Positions 1 through 11,244 of a stretch of DNA of 64,000 nucleotides are shown piece after piece. This DNA comes from an uncultured Gammaproteobacteria bacterium (GTDB taxonomy: Bacteria > Pseudomonadota > Gammaproteobacteria > SZUA-229). The notes under the pieces were generated by a model. The model was not told the DNA's origin. It saw nothing but the letters and a program-made list of their open reading frames with translations, and did not search any database. Position 1 is the first letter of the stretch; each line of letters begins with the position of its first letter. The DNA lies in contig CAVRHW010000015.1 in NCBI GenBank assembly GCA_963721085.1, forward strand, positions 47,443 to 111,442, given 5' to 3'. Both the position numbers and the translations under genes were made by a program.

Positions 1-179
1 GTGGCAGCAATGCCTAACAAAGGCGCGCCACGTATGGCCAGGCCCTGGATCAAATCGATTAAATCGTTTTCATCGGCGCATCTATGCCACAGTTCTTCGC
101 CGGGCAAACGGCGCTGATCGAGTACCAGTAGTTCGCCCGCTTCGTAACGCAAGGCGGTTGAGCTCAGGTCTTGCATCAT
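1..179 (-). CDS. mtnA: S-methyl-5-thioribose-1-phosphate isomerase, N-terminal part (runs off window)
   Basis: Manual translation MMQDLSSTALRYEAGELLVLDQRRLP...LAIRGAPLLGIAA; LDQRxLP and RGAP motifs; follows mtnD. Confidence 0.9.
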   Translation of the reverse strand, partial: MMQDLSSTALRYEAGELLVLDQRRLPGEELWHRCADENDLIDLIQGLAIRGAPLLGIAA

Positions 180-186
180 CGGAGTA

Positions 187-733
187 TTAATTTTCCAGTG
201 TGGGGAAAATAGTGGCGATATCGTCGCCGGTGAAATGCGCGACCCAGCCATCGGGATTATTGAACAATCGGATTGCGGTAAATAGCGGATTCGGGCCCAT
301 ATCAAACCAGTGTCGCGTGTTGGCGGGCACCGATATCAGGTCGTCTTTTTCACACAGCAATGCATAAACGCGACTGCCGATGTGCAACACAAATAAGTCC
401 CTGTCCGCGTACAAAAAAACGCACTTCGTCTTCGCTATGGCGATGTTCTGCAAGAAACTTGTTTCTGAATTCAGCTTTTTGCGGATGGTCGGGGTTCATG
501 CTCACCACGTCGTAACTTTGGTAACCCTGTTCCGCGACAAGTCTGTCAATTTCGGGTTTATAAGCAGCGAGTATGGTTTCGTTGTCTGCATCCGCGTCGA
601 GCGCATTATCGGTATGCCAGCGTTCGAACCGTACTCCGGCAGAGTCCAGTTCGCTTTTAATGGTTTCGAAATCGCTGCTTTGTAAAATGGGGTTCTGCGG
701 CCCTGTTTGCTGATAAATTGTGAGAGAACTCAT
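187..733 (-). CDS. mtnD: acireductone dioxygenase (Ni/Fe cupin), split by one indel near 390-400
   Basis: ORFs 350-766 (EHRHSEDEVRFFV) and 187-453 (SVPANTRHWFDMG) join into one ARD. Confidence 0.93.
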
Positions 734-749
734 GCTATCACCTTTATTG

Positions 750-1427
750 TTAGAGCTTAATGTCATCGAAATCGTGTGCGATCAAATGCGAGTCAGTCCG
801 GGTATTGCTGTCACGAACCAGTTGTATGGTTTGCATGCCCGCCTCGCGCGCTGCGTCCAGCTCGTCTACGATATCAGACAGAAACAGTATTTTATTCGCC
901 GCGATGCCGATACTGTCAATAATCCTGCGATAGGATTCGGCATCACGCTTGTGGCCGATACGGGTATCAAAATAGCCCGTAAATAATGGTAACAGGTCAC
1001 CGGCATCGCTATGACCAAAAAGCAGCTGCTGTGCCTGTACCGAGCCACTTGAATACACATACAGTTTTATTCCGTCCTGATGCCAGGCGCGAAGCTTGCG
1101 CGCAGCATCCTCGTAGATGTGTCCGGTAAAATCTTTTTCCGAGTAACCGTGCTGCCAGACCAGTCCCTGCAGAGCTTTCAATGGTGTCGCTTTGCGGTCC
1201 TCACGTATCCATTGCAGAAGAATGGCGATCACGCGTTCTACATCGGCATTATTCTCACCCGCTTCGTGCCTGGTGGCTTCCAGAAGTTCCGCAACCTGAC
1301 TGTCATGTTCGTGCCGGCGTACAAATTCGGGCAGCATTTTGCTGGCATAGGGAAAAAGTACATCGTGCACAAAAGCAATCGAGCTGGTGGTGCCTTCGAT
1401 ATCGGTGACTATGGCTTCGATGGTCAT
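750..1427 (-). CDS. mtnC: enolase-phosphatase E1 (acireductone synthase)
   Basis: C-terminal part of 723-aa ORF: AIVTDIEGTT, KATPLKALQG, YVYSSGSV, FLSDIVDELDAA. Confidence 0.93.
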   Translation of the reverse strand: MTIEAIVTDIEGTTSSIAFVHDVLFPYASKMLPEFVRRHEHDSQVAELLEATRHEAGENNADVERVIAILLQWIREDRKATPLKALQGLVWQHGYSEKDFTGHIYEDAARKLRAWHQDGIKLYVYSSGSVQAQQLLFGHSDAGDLLPLFTGYFDTRIGHKRDAESYRRIIDSIGIAANKILFLSDIVDELDAAREAGMQTIQLVRDSNTRTDSHLIAHDFDDIKL

Positions 1428-1440
1428 GTCTGTGACAGCG

Positions 1441-2033
1441 CTATTTTCCTGGAGCAGGCAGGAAAATAAAAATTCGAAGCCTTCAATATGACGTCGTGCT
1501 TCGGTAATATCGCGGCCCCATGCGTAGAGACCGTGGCCGCGTACCACCAGACCGGGTTGTGTTAGTTCACCTGCGTTGAATTGCTCCGTGACTCGATCGG
1601 CCAGTTCGGGAATATCCTGGGTGTTATTGAATACCGGTACACGAATCGCAGGTTCATGGCTGGAATTGCCGTGCAGGGCTTTTTGCATTTCATAGCCGCT
1701 GATCTCTACATACTCGTTTACAAGGCGAGACAATACAGTGGCATTGACCGAGTGCGTATGCAGCACCGCGCCAATACCGGAATCCAGCTGGTATAGTCGG
1801 GTGTGCAGCGCAGTTTCAGCGGAAGGTCTGTGATCGCTGTTGATCACCTCGCCGTCAAACGTGCATTGAATCAGATCGGTGACAGCAAGTTTTGATTTGT
1901 CGCAGCCCGAGCGTGTGATCAGACAGCTTTGCGCATCAAGCCGAGCTGAAAAGTTGCCGCCGGTGGCAAGGCACCACTGGCGTTCTCCAAAGAGCTGGCA
2001 GGTTTCAACCAGTTGTTGTGCGAGTGTATTCAT
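1441..2033 (-). CDS. mtnB: methylthioribulose-1-phosphate dehydratase
   Basis: Middle of 723-aa ORF: ATGGNFS, PSAETALH, VLHTHS, GHGLYAWG; probable true TAG at 1441-1443 after an A-run. Confidence 0.9.
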
Positions 2034-2140
2034 GCGCTGAGGTTTGATGGCAAAGCGCAATAATACACGTAAACCGGCGACAAACGCAGATCCGATTACG
2101 GGCATGGCTACGGGATTGACAGGGTAGCCATGCCCGCATT

Positions 2141-2921
2141 CTAGCCGGCCGCCTGGGTTTTCTGCTTGCGCGTGATCAGCCACCAGAACACAATCGCGCT
2201 CGCAGTGAGGCTGAGCACGATGGTCGGGCTGCTGGGTAAATCGGCCAGGGTTGAAATCACCAGCCCGGCAGGCATAACCAGTCACGCCGCACAGATACGC
2301 CAGCATCGTTTTTTTCTTGCTCACCTGCATGCGTTGCACCGCCAGGGCGGGAATGATCAGGCTGGAGAATACCAGGTACACGCCCACCAGCTGCACCGAT
2401 GAAGTGATGGTGATGGCGAACAGCAGATAGAAGCCGATATGTGAACGCGATTTTTTGAATCCGAACCAGATCGCGAGCACAACCGCGTACAAAATCAGCG
2501 TGGTGATCAGCTGGCTGTTGCTCACCCAGAGAATCTGTCCAGCAAGCAGGTCTTTCAGATGTTCGCTGCCGTGTGGATTATTGGTCAGCAGCAAGATACC
2601 GACACAGGCGGACACCACAAATGACACGCCGATAATGGCTTCCTGTATATCTGGCCAGTTGCGTTCGGTCCAGCGCAAAAAACCCGCGCCCAGAATAGCG
2701 CTGATGGTGGCAAAAACCTGTATCAGCAAATTGTCCGGGTGGTCAAACATGCTGTGCGCATAAATCACACCGACACCGGCAATTTGTGCAATCGCCAGAT
2801 CGATAAAAATGATACCGCGTTGTAATACCACCATACCGAGAGGCACATGGGTGGCGATCACCAGCAGTCCAGCGATAAAGGCCGGACCAAGAATGGATAA
2901 ATCAGTGAGTTCAAGATGCAT
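2141..2921 (-). CDS. ZnuB/ABC-3 type metal transporter permease (indel near 2270)
   Basis: THVPLG...RGIIFIDLAIAQIA, GSEHLKDLLAGQILWV, SVQLVGVYLVFSSLIIPAL; very hydrophobic. Confidence 0.85.
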
Positions 2922-2938
2922 GATAAATGTCCAGTTGA

Positions 2939-2969
2939 ATCGTCGCGCCGGTATCGCCGGCGCGACGAT
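2939..2969. other. GC-rich intra-operon hairpin
   Basis: ATCGTCGCGCCGG-TATCG-CCGGCGCGACGAT 13-bp perfect stem between binding-protein and permease genes. Confidence 0.6.
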
Positions 2970-2980
2970 GTTATGTTGAC

Positions 2981-3877
2981 CTACTTGCCGACCAACGCAT
3001 TAATGGTGTAATCGAACAGATCAAACAGATTTTTTACCTTGTCATTACCGCCCACGGTAAATGGAAGCTCGACCGCCCTGGCGCCGGTTTTTTCCGCCAG
3101 CCATTCCGAAGCGCGTGGACTTTGATAAGCCGCGTAAGCAATGGTGTGAATTTTTTTCTGTTTTACAGTGTTTATTAATTCAGCAAGATGCTCGGTGGTC
3201 GGTGGAATACCCGGTTTCGGCTCCAGGAATGTGGTCATGTCGATGTCCAGCCAGTCTGCCAGATAAATCCAGCTATCATGATAAACGGCGAAGGATTTGT
3301 GCCTGATCGGTTCGGCTTCTTTTTTCCAGCGCGCCATAGCGGCAGACCAGCGTTTGCTAAAACGATCGTAGTTCGCCTTATAAACTGCAGCATTGTCAGC
3401 ATCCAGTGCTATCAGACGCTTTTCGAGTGCGGCCGCCACCAGCGCAATATTTTCCGGGCTGGTCTGGATATGTGGATTGCCTTCGGCGTGCACATCGCCC
3501 TGGCTGCGGTCTACGCTGGCCGGTTTTTCCAGCAGCTTCACATAATCGGATGCCATGAAGTAACCGGGTTGGCCGAGTTGAACATTGTCATTGCCGGCTC
3601 TTCTCAGCAGTACCGGCAGCCAGCCGATTTCGAGTTCAGCGCCGTCGCACACGAGCAGATCGGCGCGGCGAAGTTTTGCTATCAAACTGGGGCGCGCTTC
3701 GATGTGATGCGGATCCTGCTTGCCATTGGTGGCTGCATATACTGTGACGTGGTCGCCGCCCAGTTCTGTAGTCAGCGAGGCCCATTCCGGTTCGCAGGCA
3801 AAGACTCGAAGATCGGCATGTGCTGCAGCCGTGGACAGCAACAGGACCGCTGAGAATAGTGTTTTAGATAATTTCAT
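2981..3877 (-). CDS. ZnuA/TroA-family metal-binding periplasmic protein
   Basis: Signal peptide; QDPHHIEARPS, GDVHAEGNPH, EPKPGIPPT motifs. Confidence 0.9.
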   Translation of the reverse strand: MKLSKTLFSAVLLLSTAAAHADLRVFACEPEWASLTTELGGDHVTVYAATNGKQDPHHIEARPSLIAKLRRADLLVCDGAELEIGWLPVLLRRAGNDNVQLGQPGYFMASDYVKLLEKPASVDRSQGDVHAEGNPHIQTSPENIALVAAALEKRLIALDADNAAVYKANYDRFSKRWSAAMARWKKEAEPIRHKSFAVYHDSWIYLADWLDIDMTTFLEPKPGIPPTTEHLAELINTVKQKKIHTIAYAAYQSPRASEWLAEKTGARAVELPFTVGGNDKVKNLFDLFDYTINALVGK

Positions 3878-3887
3878 GTGTGTGCTC

Positions 3888-5049
3888 CTAGAACTGGTGC
3901 GCCGGGTGTGAACCCAAGTGCAAAGGTGTATTGAACGAACATCTGGTTATCGCTGATGCTTGTCGACTGGTCATGATTGAATTGCAAACGGATACGGCTG
4001 AACTCGGATGCTTTCCATTGCAGCATCGCGCTGCTGCGTTTTGGATCGCGCCCACTGATCAAGCCGATGTCGTTGAGCACCGTGTTGTCGTTGCCGCTGT
4101 TGCTTGCGCTGAGATGATCCAGGCGGACGCCTGTCGACCAGCCGTACATGAACTGGTACACCGCCTGTGCGTACCAGCCAGTCTGGTCACCGTTGTAGCT
4201 TGACGAATTGCTGCTCGCGATATCGGTCACATTGCCGTCCTCGGTGCGTTTGAACATTTCGCTCTGGAAGTGGAAGTTGCGATCCAGCTTGTTGCCATTC
4301 GGTGCCCATTTGTACACCACGTGCAGTGCATTGATTTTGCTGCTGCCGGTAAAGGTATTGGCATTCACGTCTGTGCGATCATTGATGCTGCCGTCTTGCC
4401 AGTGGGTAACGCCGACTTCCCAGGAATTGCTGATACCGACGTCGCCGCCGACAGTGAACTTGAGCGTCGATGCGCCGATGCCACCATTCGTGTTGCCGCC
4501 GCCAGGGAACGCATTGCCGCTCAGAGCTTCGGCGGTGAACTGCATCAATAAATCGGTCGGCAGGATGTAGCTGACCTGCACGCCATCATCCTTAAGGGTG
4601 TCGCCAAACAGGGCGCGATACATCAAAGGCGCGTCGGTGAAATCCCAGGTGTGCGCATGATGCGAATTGAGATAACCGAACGCTGACAGGAAGCGTCCGA
4701 ATTTCAGGCTTACGCCATTACCTATGGCCTGGGTTTCGGCAAAGGCCTGCTCCACCGATGATGCACCGTTGGCAAAGGAAAATGTCGCCACACCAAAAAA
4801 GTCCTGGTCGATATTGGAATACATGGTGATTTCAGATTCGCCGACCGCAAAGCCAGCAGGATCAAGCCCGGCATCTTCTCCCAGCTGGAAACCGGGTAAT
4901 TTATAGTTGGCAACAGCATTGTTCTGTGAATAGCTGCTGTAACGTCCGTCGAGTATCAGGCTGACCTGTGGATTGTATGCATTGCTGGCTGCTATCACGG
5001 GTGGTGATAGCACAAGCGAAACAGCACCCGCTAAAAATATTTTTTTCAT
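3888..5049 (-). CDS. outer-membrane beta-barrel of metal-uptake operon
   Basis: Signal peptide MKKIFLAG, GYLNSHHAHTWDF, SEFSRIRLQ; corrected C-terminus LGSHPAHQF* (indel near 3915). Confidence 0.75.
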
Positions 5050-5160
5050 GTCTTTTCTCGTAATAAGTTTTTGAGCAGGAATAGCCAAAGCAACGGGTAT
5101 GCACACATAGGTGTGCATACTCAGAAGATTCGAGCAATACCTGATTAAAGAGTTAAACGA

Positions 5161-5451
5161 TCAGGACAAAGATGGTGGTGCGCGGGCCTGGTAGTGAGTG
5201 GAGGTGATGCCTGGCAGAATGATCAGCGCAGATGCGCTGGTGATGCTGGCAGTAAAAACCGAAGGAATCTGTGCGATGTGCGATAACAGCGCGTGTGAAG
5301 CATGCGCCAAAGCTGATAGCGTCAGGCAATAACCGTAATGTTTGGCGTGAAACGGGTGTACCGATGCGTGCACCTGCGACGCAAACTGCCCGGCGTAGAG
5401 CAACACGCTGAGTAGAATGATCAGTAACCGAGTGCGCTTTAAATTAAACAC
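5161..5451 (-). CDS. His-rich leader protein ending in RAPP (DUF2946/CruR-like uORF)
   Basis: Hydrophobic N-terminus, HASVHPFHAKHYGYC, C-terminal YQARAPPSLS*; stop 111 bp before barrel gene; GTG start inferred. Confidence 0.7.
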   Translation of the reverse strand: MFNLKRTRLLIILLSVLLYAGQFASQVHASVHPFHAKHYGYCLTLSALAHASHALLSHIAQIPSVFTASITSASALIILPGITSTHYQARAPPSLS

Positions 5452-5590
5452 TGTGCCTGAGGGAATAATATTGACGTGCGAGTGTAACATTAGCGCAATA
5501 TCAGGTACAAGAGTGCGGGTCAATGCCTCATTAAAGCAGCTTGCATTGCCGCTGGATACTGATAACTTAGGCGTCCAGTAATCAAGATAA

Positions 5591-7063
5591 ATGAAAGCGA
5601 TGAGCGCTGTTGATAAAGACCAGCTGGTGACGCACCTGCGACAGATATTGCCCGCAGAGTGTGTGCTGCACCAGGAAGAAGACCTGCGCCCTTACGAGTG
5701 CGATGGTCTGTCCGCCTATCGCGAACTACCGCTGGTCACCGTGTTGCCTGATACAGTCGAGCAGGTGCAGGCGATTTTGCGCTATTGTTATCAGCACGAA
5801 ATCCCGGTGGTTGCGCGTGGTGCCGGTACCGGCCTCTCGGGCGGTGCGCTGCCGCATGCGCAGGGCGTGCTGCTCAGTCTGGCGCGCTTCAACCAGATCA
5901 TCGACATTGATGCCGAGCGGCGGGTCGCGCGTGTCCAGCCCGGGGTGCGCAATCTGGCGATTTCCCAGGCGGTGGAAAAGCTCGGCCTTTATTATGCGCC
6001 CGACCCATCTTCGCAAATCGCCTGCAGCATTGGCGGCAATGTTGCGGAAAACTCCGGCGGCGTGCATTGCCTGAAATACGGGCTCACGGTGCACAATATC
6101 CAGCAACTCACCATTATCACCATCGAAGGTGAACTTTTAAATATCGGTGGTGGAGGCCTCGACAGCGCAGGGTATGATTTACTCGCGCTGATGACCGGTT
6201 CCGAAGGCATGCTCGGTATTATTGTTGACGTCACGGTAAAATTATTGCCAGTACCGGAACGTGCCCAGGTGATGCTTGCTGCATTCGATGATATTGCCAA
6301 AGCCGGTGCTGCGGTGGGCGATATTATTTCCGCCGGCATTATTCCTGCCGGGCTGGAGATGATGGATAAACTTGCGATCCAGGCAGCGGAAGATTTTGTT
6401 CACGCCGGTTATCCGCGAGATGCAGAAGCGATTTTGCTGTGTGAGCTCGATGGTACCAATGAAGAAGTGTCCAGCCATGTCGCGAAGGTACGCGAAATAT
6501 TAGATCACAGCGGCGCCACCGAAGTGCGCACCGCAAAAGATGCGCAGGAACGCGCGCGTTTCTGGGCCGGGCGCAAGGCGGCATTTCCTGCGGTGGGCAG
6601 GTTATCACCTGATTATTACTGTATGGACGGGACCATTCCGCGCAAACATTTGCCGCATGTGCTCAGCACCATTGCCAGTCTTTCAAAAGAATACGATTTG
6701 CCGGTAGCGAACGTGTTTCATGCCGGTGATGGTAATTTGCACCCGTTGATACTTTACGATGCCAACAGGCCGGGTGAGCTGGAACGCACCGAGGAATTCG
6801 GTGGCAAGATACTTGAGCTCTGTGTCGATGTCGGTGGCAGCATCACCGGCGAGCACGGTGTTGGCATGGAAAAAATTAACCAGATGTGTGTGCAGTTCAA
6901 AGCGCTGGAACTGAATCAGTTTCACGCGATCAAGCACGCGTTTGATGAAAGGGGTTTACTCAATCCTGGCAAGGCGGTACCTACATTACATCGTTGCGCA
7001 GAGTTCGGCGCTATGCATATGCATCATGGCAAGCTGCCATTCCCCGAGCTGGAAAGGTTTTGA
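5591..7063 (+). CDS. glcD: glycolate oxidase FAD subunit
   Basis: ARGAGTGLSGGA, APDPSSQIACSIGGNVAENSGG, ITGEHGVG, C-terminal FPELERF. Confidence 0.95.
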   Translation: MKAMSAVDKDQLVTHLRQILPAECVLHQEEDLRPYECDGLSAYRELPLVTVLPDTVEQVQAILRYCYQHEIPVVARGAGTGLSGGALPHAQGVLLSLARFNQIIDIDAERRVARVQPGVRNLAISQAVEKLGLYYAPDPSSQIACSIGGNVAENSGGVHCLKYGLTVHNIQQLTIITIEGELLNIGGGGLDSAGYDLLALMTGSEGMLGIIVDVTVKLLPVPERAQVMLAAFDDIAKAGAAVGDIISAGIIPAGLEMMDKLAIQAAEDFVHAGYPRDAEAILLCELDGTNEEVSSHVAKVREILDHSGATEVRTAKDAQERARFWAGRKAAFPAVGRLSPDYYCMDGTIPRKHLPHVLSTIASLSKEYDLPVANVFHAGDGNLHPLILYDANRPGELERTEEFGGKILELCVDVGGSITGEHGVGMEKINQMCVQFKALELNQFHAIKHAFDERGLLNPGKAVPTLHRCAEFGAMHMHHGKLPFPELERF

Positions 7064-7072
7064 AAATATTTT

Positions 7073-8126
7073 ATGAGTGATACCGCGCAACACATCCAGC
7101 AACAGGTAGAAGAAGCCTGTCATGAGTCTAAAGCCGCTGGCTATTGTCGGTGGCAACAGCAAGGCGTTTTACGGCAATGCAGTCGTTGCTGAAAAACTCG
7201 ATGTTTCACAACACACCGGCATCGTGGAGTACGCGGCCAGTGAACTGGTGATTACTGCGCGCTGTGGCACATCTCTGCGAGAAATTAATCAGGTACTGGC
7301 AGAACACAAACAGATGCTGGCGTTCGAACCGCCACAGTTTGGTGATAACGCGACTATTGGCGGAACTGTCGCCTGTAATTTTTCCGGCCCACGTCGCGCC
7401 TATGCAGGCGCAGCACGTGACTTTGTGCTTGGTTGCAAAATCATCAACGGTCGAGGCGAGGCGATGAGTTTTGGTGGTGAAGTGATGAAAAATGTCGCCG
7501 GTTATGATGTTTCGCGCCTGATGGCGGGCGCCATGGGTACTCTGGGTGTGATCACGGAGGTTTCACTTAAAGTGCTACCGCTACCGGAAACAGAAATCAC
7601 TGTGGTGCTGGATTGTAGCGATGTCAAAGCACTGGAAAACATGCATCGCTGGTCGCGCGCGCCGTTGCCGATCACAGCGACCTGTTATGACGGTGATCGC
7701 CTGTTTGTGCGTCTTGGTGCCAGCGAAGCAGCGGTGGCTGCCGCGCGTAAACATATTGGTGGTGAGTTATACCCGGCCGACACAGAATTCTGGCACAAAG
7801 TACGCGAACACCGGCACGCATTTTTCGAGAGCAATAAATCATTGTGGCGTTTGTCCGTGTCATCGACTGCGGCCCCGATGAAACTCGAAGGCAAGTTTTT
7901 CTACGAATGGGGCGGCGCGCTACGCTGGTGTGAAACCGATGCCGGTGCAGATGCGGTGCGTAACTATGCAGCTAGCGCGAACGGCCATGCGATATTATTT
8001 CGTGGCGAAGGCCGGCAGAAATTTCATCCGCTTGAAGAAGGCCTGCTGCACATCCATCAAAAACTGAAATACGCTTTTGATCCACAGCATATCTTGAATC
8101 CTGGCCGCATGTACGTGGATGTGTAG
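7073..8126 (+). CDS. glcE: glycolate oxidase subunit GlcE (indel near 5' end)
   Basis: GGEVMKNVAGYDVSRLMAG, EWGGALRW, FDPQHILNPGRMY; ATG at 7073. Confidence 0.92.
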
Positions 8127-8134
8127 CGCAGCCG

Positions 8135-9342
8135 ATGCAAACTAAACTCAGCGCAGAATTTATCAACAGCACGCAGGGCCAGGAAGCCGACAGTATTCTG
8201 CGCAGCTGCGTGCATTGCGGTTTCTGCACCGCCACCTGTCCCACCTATCAGTTGCTGGGTGATGAGCTTGATGGTCCGCGCGGCCGGATTTATTTAATCA
8301 AGCAAATGCTCGAGGGCAGCGAGGTCACTGAAAAAACCCGCAACCATCTTGATCGTTGTCTCACCTGCCGTGCCTGCGAAACCACCTGTCCTTCGGGTGT
8401 GCGCTATGGCCGCCTGGTCGATATCGGTCGCGAGATCGTAGAGCACAAAGTCCCACGCGGCATGATGGACAGATTTACACGCTTTCTGCTGCGCCAGATT
8501 TTTCCGTATCCCGCACGCTTTGGATTTTTGTTGCGCATCGGCTGGTTATTTAAACCGCTGTTGCCGCGCGTGCTGGCAAAAAATATTCCGGAAAAACAAA
8601 AAGCCACTGCATGGAAGACACAAGCACGCGCTCGAACCATGCTGGTGTTGCAGGGTTGCGTACAAAGCGTCGCGACACCCAATACCAATGTTGCCAGCGC
8701 TCGCATACTCGACCACCTTGGTATTGAGTTGATTGCAGCAGATGGTGCAGGCTTGTTGTGGGGCGGTCAGTCATCATCTGTCCGCCAGCGAAGAAGCGCT
8801 GGATTTCATGCGCCAGAAATATCGACGCCTGGTGGCCACACATCGAACAGGGCGCGGAAGCCATCGTGATCACCGCCAGTGGTTGCGGTGCGGTGGTAAA
8901 AGATTACGGTGTTTTATTGCAGCACGATGCTGCCTACGCAGAAAAAGCAAACAAGGTCAGCGCGCTGGCAAAAGATATCAGCGAAGTGCTGATGCACGAA
9001 CAGCTGCCGAAAACAAAAACCAGAACCCGAGTTGCCTTCCACAGTCCCTGCACCCTGCAGCATGGTCAGCAGCTCGCGGGCGTGGTCGAAACTATCCTGC
9101 AAAAGGCTGGCTTCGAATTGTGCAGCATAGAGAACGCCCACCTCTGTTGCGGCTCTGCCGGCACCTATTCCATCCTGCAGGCAAAACTGTCGCAACAGCT
9201 TCTGAAAAACAAAGTGCAGGCGCTGCAGGCAGATCAGCCCGACATCATCGCTACCGCTAATATCGGTTGCCAGTTGCATATCGCAACAGGCGCAAGCACG
9301 CCAGTAGTGCACTGGGTAGAATTACTGGCTGCAAATACCTGA
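8135..9342 (+). CDS. glcF: glycolate oxidase Fe-S subunit (split by indels ~8740-8820)
   Basis: CVHCGFCTATCP, CLTCRACETTCP, CCG domains, TANIGCQLH. Confidence 0.93.
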
Positions 9343-9572
9343 ATTAACCAGGGCGCTTTAAAAGATATAATCTTGTAATATACAATTAGCGATAAAATAT
9401 ACTCAATGCAGGTGCCATTAAATATTCACGGTTCTGTAAAACGAGTGTCATGAATCGCTTCTAGCATACCTCCTGTCCGACACTGATAGCATTTGTTCCG
9501 AATGTGTATTGGTTCTGGATTTCGTTTTTATATATGCATTCACTTGTAATTAAAGAACAGGAGAGCAGTTTC

Positions 9573-10670
9573 ATGAAAAAATCAGTTACAGCATTGGGTC
9601 TGGCGGCTTCACTGTTCGCTGGATATGCCCAGGCAGATGCGCCGGTGCCATCACTCAATCATGTTTTTGTCATTATGATGGAGAATCGCGCCTATGATCA
9701 GGTCATCGGAAATACCGATGCACCGTTTATTAATGAGTGGGCACAAACCGCCAATCTGGCAACGAACTACTACGGTGTGGGGCATCCCAGTCTGACAAAT
9801 TATCTTGAACTGGTTGGTGGTTCTAACTTTGGTATTACCAACGACAATGCACCCGACTGGCACGGCGCAAATCCGATGCCCAACTTGAATGAACCCATTG
9901 CGGCCACTGGCACAGATGCAGAGACGCCAGCGGCAATCGCACCTTTCGGCGTCGATATTCCGGCCACAACGTATGTCGGTAAAACAATAGCAGACCAGCT
10001 GGTTGCTGCTCACAGGCGCTGGAAAAGTTACCAGGAAAGCCTGCCGGATACTGGCGCGGACAATGTCAACTACAGCGACGGTGATTTCTCTAATCTGAGT
10101 AATCTGTCCAACGTGGCGGCGCTGTACGCAGTCAAACACAATCCGTTTGTTTATTTTGCCAATGTTCAGGAAAACGCTGATCCTGGTAATGGTTTAAGTA
10201 ATTCAGTTGGCTTTGACGGGCTCCATGGTCTGTACGCCGATTTGAGATCAGGTAGAGTGCCAGATCTTTCTTTTATCGCGCCTAATCAGTGCCACGATAT
10301 GCATGGGCTCGGAAACAGTACTGCTTTCTGTACCTATTCGACATCGACGCTGGTCCAGATGAGCGATGCGGCTTTGAAGAAAATCGTTACAGCGATTAAG
10401 GGATCACCAGCATGGAAGCATGGTAATAACGCTATTGTCGCTGTATGGGATGAAAACGACTTTGGTCCTGAGCCAAATCGTGTTGTTGCTATTGTCGACA
10501 CCAGCTATGGTGTTCATGGCATCACCAGCAATACCCCATACAGCCATTTTTCAATGCTGAAAACACTGGAAGCAGGATTCAGGCTTCCCTGTCTGAACCA
10601 TGCCTGTGATTCTGATGTTAATATCATGGACGATATGTTTAGAACAAAACGTGGTCGCCACGACGATTAA
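9573..10670 (+). CDS. secreted phosphoesterase (acid phosphatase/phospholipase C family)
   Basis: Signal peptide, HVFVIMMEN, HPSLTNY, KHNPF, CHDMH, WDEND. Confidence 0.85.
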   Translation: MKKSVTALGLAASLFAGYAQADAPVPSLNHVFVIMMENRAYDQVIGNTDAPFINEWAQTANLATNYYGVGHPSLTNYLELVGGSNFGITNDNAPDWHGANPMPNLNEPIAATGTDAETPAAIAPFGVDIPATTYVGKTIADQLVAAHRRWKSYQESLPDTGADNVNYSDGDFSNLSNLSNVAALYAVKHNPFVYFANVQENADPGNGLSNSVGFDGLHGLYADLRSGRVPDLSFIAPNQCHDMHGLGNSTAFCTYSTSTLVQMSDAALKKIVTAIKGSPAWKHGNNAIVAVWDENDFGPEPNRVVAIVDTSYGVHGITSNTPYSHFSMLKTLEAGFRLPCLNHACDSDVNIMDDMFRTKRGRHDD

Positions 10671-10696
10671 ACAGGACGGAACCCTGCGTGATACCG

Positions 10697-10725
10697 GCCC
10701 CGCCATCTGGCGGGGCTTTTTATTT
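10697..10725 (+). terminator. intrinsic terminator
   Basis: GCCCCGCCA-TC-TGGCGGGGC then TTTTTATTT. Confidence 0.8.
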
Positions 10726-10788
10726 ACACTATGCATTTTAGTATCCGTTGTCTAAGATAGTGATGCATAATTATTTCAGGGCGCACAG

Positions 10789-11244
10789 ATGATGATTAAA
10801 AAATTACAGGATGTCTTGCACTCAGAAATCCCTCTGACCAGGGCCATCGGTATCGAAGTGGTCGAATATAATGAGAGCGGTTTAACGCTTTCCGCTCCGC
10901 TGGAAAACAATATCAATCACAAAGCCACCGCATTCGGTGGCAGTCTGTACTCAGTTTGTGTTCTATCCGGCTGGGGCCTGATCTATTTGCTGTTGAAGGA
11001 GCAAGGGCTGTCTGGCCACGTAGTCATCCAGGAGAGCAGCACCCGGTTTCTCAGGCCGGTCACAACGAATATAATTGCAAAATGCGCCTTTGAGTCAGCC
11101 GATCAATGTGAAAAGTTTATCCGCAGCTACCAACGAAAAGGCCTGGCAAGAATCCGGCTGCAATCGCGTATTGTCTGCAATGACCAGACGAGTGTATTAT
11201 TTGAAGGCAGTTATGTAGTGCATAACCGGGGCCAGGAAACCTGA
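10789..11244 (+). CDS. YiiD C-terminal-type hot-dog thioesterase
   Basis: EIPLTRAIG, APLENNINHKATAFGGSL. Confidence 0.85.
   Translation: MMIKKLQDVLHSEIPLTRAIGIEVVEYNESGLTLSAPLENNINHKATAFGGSLYSVCVLSGWGLIYLLLKEQGLSGHVVIQESSTRFLRPVTTNIIAKCAFESADQCEKFIRSYQRKGLARIRLQSRIVCNDQTSVLFEGSYVVHNRGQET

Noticed and set aside
750-2921. 723-aa permease-MtnB-MtnC triple fusion
   Set aside because: The permease has a proper C-terminus and stop in another frame (2141), and one extra A in GGAAAATAG restores an mtnB stop at 1441. It is best explained by indel errors.
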